A stretch of 64,000 bases of DNA from Paragordius varius (Eukaryota > Animalia > Nematomorpha). A program made the position numbers and the translations under genes. The notes under the pieces are model-generated. The model saw only the letters and a program-made list of their open reading frames with translations, had not been told where the DNA came from and searched no databases. Numbering within the stretch: the stretch's first letter is position 1; each line of letters begins with the position of its first letter. Of this stretch, positions 40,701 to 53,000 are shown in pieces. Location: NCBI GenBank assembly GCA_964247055.1, contig OZ176056.1:186001-250000 (forward strand), given 5' to 3'.

Positions 40701-43700
40701 TTATTTTATTTTATTTTATTTTATTTTATTTTATTTTATTTTATTTTATTTTATTTTATTTTATTTTATTTTATTTTATTTTATTTTATTTTATTTTATT
40801 TTATTTTATTTTATTTTATTTTATTTTATTTTATTTTATTTTATTTTATTTTATTTTATTTTATTTTATTTTATTTTATTTTTATTTAATTTTAATTTAT
40901 TTTATTTTATTTTATTTTATTTTATTTTAATTTATTTTATTTTATTTTATTTTATTTTATAATAGTTATATTTTATTTTATTTAATTTTATTTTATTTTA
41001 TTTTATATAAATATAGTTATATTTTATTTTATTTTATTTTATTTTATTTAATTATATTTTATTTTATTTTATTTTATTTTATTTTATTTTATTTTATTTT
41101 TATTTAATTTTAATTTATTTTATTTTATTTTATTTTATTTTATTTTATTTTATTTTATTTTATTTTATTTTATTTTATTTTATTTTATTTTATTTTATTT
41201 AATTTTATTTTATTTTATTTTATTTTATTTTATTTTATTTTATTTTATTTTATTTTATTTTATTTTATTTTATTTTATTTTTATTTTATTTTATTTTATT
41301 TTATTTTATATTAATTTATTTTATTTTTTTTTATTTTGTTTTATTTTATTTTATTTTATATTATTTTATTTTATTTTATTTTATATTAATTTATTTTATT
41401 TTATTTTATTTTATTTTATTTTATTTTATTTTATTTTATTTTATTTTATGTTATTTTATTTATTTTATTTTATTTTATTTTATTTTATTTTATTTTATTT
41501 TATTTTATTTTATTTTATTTTAATTTATTTTATTTTATTTTATTTTATTTTATAATAGTTATATTTTATTTTATTTAATTTTATTTTATTTTATTTTATT
41601 TTATATAAATATAGTTATATTTTATTTTATTTTATTTTATTTAATTATATTTTATTTTATTTTATTTTATTTTATTTTATTTTATTTTTATTTAATTTTA
41701 ATTTATTTTATTTTATTTTATTTTATTTTATTTTATTTTATTTTATTTTATTTTATTTTATTTTATTTTATTTTATTTTATTTTATTTTATTTTATTTTA
41801 TTTTATTTTATTTTATTTTATTTTATTTTTATTTTATTTTATTTTATTTTATTTTATATTAATTTATTTTATTTTTATTTATTTTGTTTTATTTTATTTT
41901 ATTTTATATTAATTTATTTTATATTAATTTATTTTATTTTATTTTATTTTATTTTATTTTATTTTATTTTATTTTATTTTATAATAGTTATATTTTATTT
42001 TATTTAATTTTATTTTATTTTATTTTATATAAATATAGTTATATTTTATTTTATTTTATTTTATTTTATTTTATTTTATTTTATTTTATTTTTATTTAAT
42101 TTTAATTTATTTTATTTTATTTTATTTTATTTTATTTTATTTTATTTTATTTTATTTTATTTTATTTTATTTTATTTTATTTTATTTTATTTTATTTTAT
42201 TTTATTTTATTTTATTTTATTTTATTTTATTTTATTTTATTTTATTTTATTTTATTTTATTTTATTTTATTTTATTTTATTTTTATTTTATTTTATTTTA
42301 TTTTATTTTATATTAATTTATTTTATTTTTATTTATTTTGTTTTATTTTATTTTATTTTATATTAATTTATTTTATATTAATTTATTTTATTTTATTTTA
42401 TTTTATTTTATTTTATTTTATTTTATTTTATTTTATTTTAATTTATTTTATTTTATTTTATATAAATATAGTTATATTTTATTTTATTTTATTTTATTTT
42501 ATTTTATTTTATTTTATTTTATTTTATTTTATTTTATTTTATTTAATTTTAATTTATTTTATTTTATTTTATTTTATATTAATTTATTTTATTTTATTTA
42601 ATTTTAATTTATTTTATTTTATTTTATTTTATTTTATTTTATTTTATTTTATTTTATTTTATTTTATTTTATTTTATTTTATTTTATTTTATTTTATTTT
42701 ATTTTATTTTATTTTATTTTTATTTTATTTAATTTTAATTTATTTTATTTTATTTTATTTTATTTTATTTTATATAAATATAGTTATATTTTATTTTATT
42801 TTTATTTTATTTAATTTTAATTTATTTTATTTTATTTTATTTTATTTTATATAAATATAGTTATATTTTATTTTATTTTATTTTATTATATTTTATTTTT
42901 ATTTAATTTTATTTTATTTTATTTAATTTTATTTTATTTTATTTTATTTTATTTTATTTTATTTTATTTTATTTTATTTTATTTTATTTTATTTTATTTT
43001 ATTTTATTTTATTTTATTTTATTTTATTTTATTTTATTTTATTTTATTTTATTTTATTTTATTTTATTTTATTTTATTTTATTTTATTTTATTTTATTTT
43101 ATTTTATTTTATTTTATTTTATTTTATTTTATTTTATTTTATTTTATTTTATTTTATTTTTATTTAATTTTAATTTATTTTATTTTATTTTATTTTATTT
43201 TATTTTATTTTATTTTAATTTATTTTATTTTATTTTATTTTATTTTATAATAGTTATATTTTATTTTATTTAATTTTATTTTATTTTATTTTATATAAAT
43301 ATAGTTATATTTTATTTTATTTTATTTTATTTTATTTAATTATATTTTATTTTATTTTATTTTATTTTATTTTATTTTATTTTATTTTTATTTAATTTTA
43401 ATTTATTTTATTTTATTTTATTTTATTTTATTTTATTTTATTTTATTTTATTTTATTTTATTTTATTTAATTTTATTTTATTTTATTTTATTTTATTTTA
43501 TTTTATTTTATTTTATTTTATTTTATTTTATTTTATTTTATTTTTATTTTATTTTATTTTATTTTATTTTATATTAATTTATTTTATTTTTTTTTATTTT
43601 GTTTTATTTTATTTTATTTTATATTAATTTATTTTATTTTATTTTATATTAATTTATTTTATTTTATTTTATTTTATTTTATTTTATTTTATTTTATTTT

Positions 43701-46676
43701 ATTTTATTTTATTTTATTTTATTTTATTTTATTTTATTTTATTTTATTTTATTTTATTTTATTTTATTTTATTTTATTTTATTTTATTTTATTTAATTTT
43801 AATTTATTTTATTTTATTTTATATTAATTTATTTTATTTTATTTAATTTTAATTTATTTTATTTTATTTTATTTTATTTTATTTTATTTTATTTTATTTT
43901 ATTTTATTTTATTTTTATTTAATTTTAATTTATTTTATTTTATTTTATTTTATTTTATTTTATTTTATTTTATTTTATTTTATTTTATTTATTTTTATTT
44001 TATTTAATTTTATTTTATTTTATTTTATTTTATTTTATTTTATTTTATTTTATTTTATTTTATTTTATTTTATTTTATTTTATTTTATTTTATTTTATTT
44101 TTATTTTATTTTATTTTATTTTATTTTATATTAATTTATTTTATTTTTTTTTATTTTGTTTTATTTTATTTTATTTTATATTAATTTATTTTATTTTATT
44201 TTATATTAATTTATTTTATTTTATTTTATTTTATTTTATTTTATTTTATTTTATTTTATTTTATTTTATTTTATTTTATTTTATTTTATTTTATTTTATT
44301 TTATTTTATTTTATTTTATTTTATTTTATTTTATTTTATTTTATTTTATTTTATTTTATTTTATTTTATTTTATTTTATTTTATTTTATTTTATTTAATT
44401 TTAATTTATTTTATTTTATTTTATATTAATTTATTTTATTTTATTTAATTTTAATTTATTTTATTTTATTTTATTTTATTTTATTTTATTTTATTTTATT
44501 TTATTTTATTTTTATTTTATTTAATTTTAATTTATTTTATTTTATTTTATTTTATTTTATTTTATTTTATTTTATTTTATTTTATTTTATATAAATATAG
44601 TTATATTTTATTTTATTTTATTTTATTTTATTATATTTTATTTTTATTTAATTTTATTTTATTTTATTTAATTTAATTTTATTTTATTTTATTTTATTTT
44701 ATTTTATTTTATTTTATTTTATTTTATTTTATTTTATTTTATTTTATTTTATTTTATTTTATTTTATTTTATTTTATTTTATTTTATTTTATTTTATTTT
44801 ATTTTATTTTATTTTATTTTATTTTATTTTATTTTATTTTATTTTATTTTATTTTATTTTATTTTATTTTAATTTATTTTATTTTATTTTATATAAATAT
44901 AGTTATATTTTATTTTATTTTATTTTATTTTATTTTATTTTATTTTATTTTATTTAATTTTAATTTATTTTATTTTATTTTATTTTATTTTATATTAATT
45001 TATTTTATTTTATTTAATTTTAATTTATTTTATTTTATTTTATTTTATTTTATTTTATTTTATTTTATTTTATTTTATTTTATTTTATTTTATTTTATTT
45101 TATTTTATTTTATTTTATTTTATTTTATTTTATTTTATTTTATTTTATTTTATTTTATTTTATTTTATTTTATTTTATTTTATTTTATTTTATTTTATTT
45201 TATTTTATTTTATTTTTATTTTATTTAATTTTAATTTATTTTATTTTATTTTATTTTATTTTATATAAATATAGTTATATTTTATTTTATTTTATTTTAT
45301 TTTATTTTATTTTATTTTTATTTTATTTAATTTTAATTTATTTTATTTTATTTTATTTTATTTTATTTTATTTTTATTTTATTTAATTTTAATTTATTTT
45401 ATTTTATTTTATTTTATTTTATTTTATTTTATTTTATTTTATTTTATTTTATTTTATTATATTTTATTTTATTTTATTTTATTTTATTTTATTTTATTTT
45501 ATTTTATTTAATTTTAATTTATGTTATTTTATTTTATTTTATATTATTTTATTTTATTTTATTTTATTTCATTTTATATTAATTTATTTTATTTTATTTT
45601 ATTTTATTTTATTTTATTTTTATTTTATTTAATTTTAATTTATTTTTTTTTATTTTATTTTATTTTATTTTATTTTATTTTATTTTATTTTATTTTATTT
45701 TATTTTATTTTATTTTATTTTATTTTATTTTATTTTATTTTATTTTATTTTATTTTATTTTATTTTATTTTATTTTATTTTATTTTATTATATTTTATTT
45801 TATTTTATTTTATTTTATTTTATTTTATTTTATTTTATTTTATTTAATTTTAATTTATGTTATTTTATTTTATATTATTTTATTTTATTTTATTTCATTT
45901 TATTTTATTTTATTTTATTTTATTTTATTTTATTTTATTTTATTTTATTTTATTTTATTTTATTTTATTTTATTTTTATTTTATTTAATTTTAATTTATT
46001 TTATTTTATTTTATTTTATTTTATTTTATATAAATATAGTTATATTTTATTTTATTTTATTTTATTTTATTTTATTTTTATTTTATTTAATTTTAATTAA
46101 TTTTATTTTATTTTATTTTATTTTTATTTTATTTAATTTTATTTTATTTTATTTTATTTTATTTTATTTTATTTTATTTTATTTTATTTTATTTTATTTT
46201 ATTTTATTTTATTTTATTTTATATTAATTTATTTTATTTTATTTTATTACATTTTATATTAATTTATTTTATTTTATTTTATTTTATTTTATTTTATTTT
46301 ATTTTATTTTTATTTTATTTAATTTTAATTTATTTTTTTTTATTTTATTTTATTTTATTTTATTTTATTTTATTTTATTTTATTTTATTTTATTTTATTT
46401 TATTTTATTTTATTTTATTTTATTTTATTTTATTTTATTTTATTTTATTTTATTTTATTTTATTTTATTTTATTTTATTTTATTTTATTTTATTTTATTA
46501 TATTATATTTTATTTTATTTTATTTTATTTTATTTTATTTTATTTAATTTTAATTTATGTTATTTTATTTTATTTTATATTAATTTATTTTATTTTATTT
46601 TATTTTATTTTATTTTATTTTATTTTATTTTATTTTATTTTATTTTATTTTATTTTATTTTATTTTTATTTTATTT

Positions 46677-46726
46677 AATTTAATTTAATTTAATTTAATT
46701 TAATTTAACTTAATTTAATTTAATTT
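46677..46726. repeat. (AATTT)n sub-tract, about 10 units (one AACTT variant)
   Basis: A second AATTT run, followed by nearly the same downstream variant string as the 37709 tract. Confidence 0.88.
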
Positions 46727-47020
46727 TATTTTATTTTATTTTATTTTATTTTATTTTATTTTATTTTTTTTTATATTAATTTATTTTATTTTATTTTATA
46801 TTAATTTATTTTATTTTATTTTATTTTATTTTATTTTATTTTATTTTATTTTATTTTATTTTATTTTATTTTATTTTATTTTATTTTATTTTATTTTATT
46901 ATATTATATTTTATTTTATTTTATTTTATTTTATTTTTATTTTATTTAATTTTAATTTATTTTATTTTATTTTATTTTATTTTATTTTATTTTATTTTAT
47001 TTTATTTTATTTTATTTTTT

Positions 47021-50000
47021 TATACATTCTCTTACTAAGACTACATCAAAAAAATATAGAGATAGTTTGACAAACTTTTTCATATCCGATTTTTACAACG
47101 ATACTTTAAAAATTAATGCATAAAACTAGTCGTATCAATAAATCGCATCAATACTCAAGTTAAACTTTGTCCTTAAAAATCGGATATTGGTCACCGGTGA
47201 ACAAAATTATTTTTTATGCATTCTCTTAGCAAGACTACATCAAAATATAGAGATAGTTTGGCAAACTCTTTCATATCCGATTTTTACAACGATACTTTAA
47301 AAATTAATGTATAAAACTAGTCGCATCAATACTCAAGTTAAACTTTGTCCTTAAAAATCGGATATTGGTCACCGGTGAACAAAATTATTTTTTATACATT
47401 CTCTTAGTAAGACTACATAATAATAGAAATAGTTTGACAAACTCTTTCATATCCGATTTTTACAGCGATACTTTAAAAATTAATGTATTAAACTAGTCGC
47501 ATCAATACTCAAGTTAAACTTTGTCCTTAAAAATCGGATATTGGTCACCGGTGAACAAAATTGTTTTTTATACATTCTCTTTTTAAGACTACATCAAAAA
47601 AATATAGAGATAGTTTGACAAACTCTTTCATATCCGATTTTTACAACGATATTTTAAAAATTAATGTATAAAACTAGTCGTATCAATACTCAAGTTAAAC
47701 TTTGTCCTTAAAAATCGGATATTGGTCACCGGTGAACAAAATTATTTTTTTTACATTCTCTTAGTAAGACTACATCAAAATATAGAAATAGTTTGACAAA
47801 CTCTTACATATCCGATTTTTACAACGATACTTTAAAAATTAATGTATAAAACTAGTCGTATCAATACTCAAGTTAAACTTTGTCCTTAAAAATCGGATAT
47901 TGGTCACCGGTGAACAAAATTATTTTTTATACATTCTCTTAGCAAGACTACATCAAAATATAGAGATAGTTTGGCAAACTCTTTCATATCCGATTTTTAC
48001 AACGATACTTTAAAAATTAATGTATAAAACTAGTTGTATCAATAAATCGCATCAATACTCAAGTTAAACTTTGTCCTTAAAAATCGGATATTGGTCACCG
48101 GTGAACAAAATTATTTTTTATACATTCTCTTAGTAGGACTACATTAAAATATAGAGATAGTTTGGCAAACTCTTTCATATCCGATTTTTACAACGATACT
48201 TTAAAAATTATGGTATTAAACCAGTTGCATCAATACTCAAGTTAAACTTTGTCCTTAAAAATCGGATATTGGTCACCGGTGAACAAAATTATTTTTTATA
48301 CTCTTAGTAAGACTACATCAAAATATAGAGATAGTTTGACAAACTCTTTCATATCCGATTTTTACAACGATACTATAAAAATTATGGTATTAAACCAGTC
48401 GCATGAATACTCAAGTTAAACTTTGTCCTTAAAAATCGGATATTGGTCACCGGTGAACAAAATTATTTTATATACATTCTCTTAGTAAGACTACATCAAA
48501 ATATAGAGATAGTTTGACAAACTCTTTTCATATCCGATTTTTACAACGATACTTTAAAAATTAATGTATAAAACTAGTCGCATCAATACTCAAGCTAAAC
48601 ATTGTCCTTAAAAATCGGATATTGGTCACCGGTGAACAAAACTATTTTTTATACATTCTCTTAGTAAGACTACATCAAAATATAGAGATAGTTTGACAAA
48701 CTCTTTCATATCCGATTTTTACAACGATACTTTAAAAATTAATGTATAAAACTAGTCGTATCAATAAATCGCATCAATACTCAAGTTAAACTTTGTCCTT
48801 AAAAATCGGATATTGGTCACCGGTGAACAAAATTATTTTTTATACATTCTCTTAGTAGGACTACATCAAAATATAGAGATAGTTTGACAAACTCTTTTCA
48901 TATCCGATTTTTACAACGATACTTTAAAAATTAATGTATAAAACTAGTCGCATCAATACTCAAGTTAAACTTTGTCCTTAAAAATCGGATATTGGTCACC
49001 GGTGAACAAAATTATTTTTTATACATTCTCTTAGTAAGACTACATCAAAATATAGAGATAGTTTGACAAACTCTTTTCATATCCGATTTTTACAACGATA
49101 GTTTTTTAAAATTATGGTATTAAACCAGTCGCATCAATACTCAAGTTAAACTTTGTCCTTAAAAATCGGATATTGGTCACCGGTGAACAAAATTATTTTT
49201 TATACTCTTAGTAGGACTACATTAAAATATAGAGATAGTTTGGCAAACTCTTTCATATCCGATTTTTACAACGATACTTTAAAAATTAATGTATAAAACT
49301 AGTCGCATCAATACTCAAGTTAAACTTTGTCCTTAAAAATCGAATATTGGTCACCGGTGAACAAAATTATTTTTTATACATTCTCTTAGTAAGACTACAT
49401 CAAAATATAGAGATAGTTTGACAAACTCTTTCATATCCGATTTTTACAACGATACTTTAAAAATTAATGTGTTAAACTAGTCGCATCAATACTCAAGTTA
49501 AACTTTGTCCTTAAAAATCGGATATTGGTCACCGGTGAACAAAATTATTTTTTTTACATTCTCTTAGTAAGACTACATCAAAATATAGAAATAGTTACAA
49601 ACTCTTACATATCCGATTTTTACAACGATACTTTAAAAATTAATGTATAAAACTAGTCGTATCAATACTCAAGTTAAACTTTGTCCTTAAAAATCGGATA
49701 TTGGTCACCGGTGAACAAAATTATTTTTTATACATTATCTTAGTAAGACTACATCAAAATGTAGAAATAGTTTGACAAACTCTTTCATATCGGATTTTTA
49801 CAACGATACTTTAAAAATTAATGTATTTAACTAGTCGCATCAATACTCAAGTTAAACTTTGTCCTTAAAAATCGGATATTGGTCACCGGTGAACAAAATT
49901 ATTTTTTATACATTCTCTTAGCAAGACTACATCAAAATATAGAGATAGTTTGGCAAACTCTTTCATATCCGATTTTTACAACGATACTTTAAAAATTAAT

Positions 50001-53000
50001 GTATAAAACTAGTTGTATCAATAAATCGCATCAATACTCAAGTTAAACTTTGTCCTTAAAAATCGGATATTGGTCACCGGTGAACAAAATTATTTTTTAT
50101 ACATTATCTTAGTAAGACTACATCAAAATGTAGAAATAGTTTGACAAACTCTTTCATATCGGATTTTTACAACGATACTTTAAAAATTAATGTATTTAAC
50201 TAGTCGCATCAATACTCAAGTTAAACTTTGTCCTTAAAAATCGGATATTGGTCACCGGTGAACAAAATTATTTTTTATACATTCTCTTAGCAAGACTACA
50301 TCAAAATATAGAGATAGTTTGGCAAACTCTTTCATATCCGATTTTTACAACGATACTTTAAAAATTAATGTATAAAACTAGTTGTATCAATAAATCGCAT
50401 CAATACTCAAGTTAAACTTTGTCCTTAAAAATCGGATATTGGTCACCGGTGAACAAAATTATTTTTTATACATTCTCTTAGTAGGACTACATTAAAATAT
50501 AGAGATAGTTTGGCAAACTCTTTCATATCCGATTTTTACAACGATACTTTAAAAATTAATGTATAAAACTAGTCGCATCAATACTCAAGTTAAACTTTTT
50601 CCTTAAAAATCGAATATTGGTCACCGGTGAACAAAATTATTTTTTATACATTCTCTTAGTAAGACTACATCAAAATATAGAGATAGTTTGACAAACTCTT
50701 TCATATCGGATTTTTACAACGATACTTTAAAAATTATGGTATTAAACCAGTTGCATCAATACTCAAGTTAAACTTTGTCCTTAAAAATCGGATATTAGTC
50801 ACCGGTGAACAAAATTATTTTTTATACTCTTAGTAAGACTACATCAAAATATAGAGATAGTTTGACAAACTCTTTCATATCCGATTTTTACAACGATACT
50901 ATAAAAATTATGGTATTAAACCAGTCGCATGAATACTCAAGTTAAACTTTGTCCTTAAAAATCGGATATTGGTCACCGGTGAACAAAATTATTTTATATA
51001 CATTCTCTTAGTAAGACTACATCAAAATATAGAGATAGTTTGACAAACTCTTTTCATATCCGATTTTTACAACGATACTTTAAAAATTAATGTATAAAAC
51101 TAGTCGCATCAATACTCAAGCTAAACATTGTCCTTAAAAATCGGATATTGGTCACCGGTGAACAAAACTATTTTTTATACATTCTCTTAGTAAGACTACA
51201 TCAAAATATAGAGATAGTTTGACAAACTCTTTCATATCCGATTTTTACAACGATACTTTAAAAATTAATGTATAAAACTAGTCGTATCAATAAATCGCAT
51301 CAATACTCAAGTTAAACTTTGTCCTTAAAAATCGGATATTGGTCACCGGTGAACAAAATTATTTTTTATACATTCTCTTAGTAGGACTACATCAAAATAT
51401 AGAGATAGTTTGGCAAACTCTTTCATATCCGATTTTTACAAGATACTTTAAAAATTAATGTATAAAACTAGTCGCATCAATACTCAAGTTAAACTTTGTC
51501 CTTAAAAATCGGATATTGGTCACCGGTGAACAAAATTATTTTTTATACATTCTCTTAGTAAGACTACATCAAAATATAGAGATAGTTTGACAAACTCTTT
51601 CATATCCGATTTTTACAACGATACTTTTTTAAAATTATGGTATTAAACCAGTCGCATCAATACTCAAGTTAAACTTTGTCCTTAAAAATCGGATATTGGT
51701 CACCGGTGAACAAAATTATTTTTTTATACTCTTAGTAAGATTACATCAAAATATAGAGATAGTTTGACAAACTCTTTCATATCCGATTTTTACAACGATA
51801 CTTTTAAAATTATGGTATTAAACCAGTCGCATCAATACTCAAGTTAAACTTTGTCCTTAAAAATCGGATATTGGTCGCCGGTGAACAAAATTATTTTATA
51901 TACATTCTCTTAGTAAGACTACATCAAAATATAGAGATAGTTTGACAAACTCTTTCATATCCGATTTTTACAACGATACTTTAAAAATTAATGTATAAAA
52001 CTAGTCGTATCAATACTCAAGTTAAACTTTGTCCTTAAAAATCGGATATTGGTCACCGGTGAACAAAATTATTTTATTTACATTCTCTTAGCAAGACTAC
52101 ATCAAAATATAGAGATAGTTTGACAAACTCTTTCATATCCGATTTTTACAAGATACTTTAAAAATTATGGTATTAAACCAGTCGCATCAATACTCAAGTT
52201 AAACTTTGTCCTTAAAAATCGGATATTGGTCACCGGTGAACAAAATTATTTTTTATACTCTTAGTAAGACTACATCAAAATATAGAGATAGTTTGACAAA
52301 CTCTTTCATATCCGATTTTTACAACGATACTATAAAAATTATGGTATTAAACCAGTCGCATCAATACTCAAATTAAACTTTGTCCTTAAAAATCGGATAT
52401 TGGTCACCGGTGAACAAAATTATTTTTTATACATTCTCTTAGTAGGACTACATCAAAATATAGAGATAGTTTGGCAAACTCTTTCATATCCGATTTTTAC
52501 AAGATACTTTAAAAATTAATGTATAAAACTAGTCGCATCAATACTCAAGTTAAACTTTGTCCTTAAAAATCGGATATTGGTCACCGGTGAACAAATTTAT
52601 TTTTTATACATTCTCTTAGTAAGACTACATCAAAATATAGAGATAGTTTGACAAACTCTTTCATATCCGATTTTTACAACGATACTCTAAAAATTATGGT
52701 ATTAAACCAGTCGCATCAATACTCAAATTAAACTTTGTCCTTAAAAATCGGATATTGGTCACCGGTGAACAAAATTATTTTATATACATTCTCTTAGTAA
52801 GACTACATCAAAATATAGAGATAGTTTGACAAGCTCTTTCATATCCGATATTTACAACGATACTTTAAAAATTAATGTATAAAACTAGTCGCATCAATAC
52901 TCAAGCTAAACATTGTCCTTAAAAATCGGATATTGGTCACCGGTGAACAAAACTATTTTTTATACATTCTCTTAGTAAGACTACATCAAAATATAGAGAT

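Larger units (their letters stand above)
35201..47020. repeat. (ATTTT)n microsatellite / simple satellite, about 11.8 kb, with recurrent variant units
   Basis: About 2,300 pentamer-equivalents of ATTTT. Recurrent interruptions include TATAAATATAGTTATA, ATATTAATTT, TTAATTTTAATTT, TTGTTTT, ATGTTATTTT and TTTCATTTT. G and C are almost absent. Confidence 0.97.

Noticed and set aside
40156-45847. FYFIL-repeat ORFs at 40156, 41884, 42338 and 45521, and the FYFIL tail of the RT ORF
   Set aside because: Translations of (ATTTT)n, which lacks stops in pure tracts; not genes.
34726-47020. (ATTTT)n as the natural RTE 3' tail or as a telomeric repeat
   Set aside because: The ORF C-terminus and 3'UTR are missing before the repeat, so it is unlikely to be a native tail. 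It is internal, flanked by satellite and lacks the G-rich strand of canonical telomere repeats.
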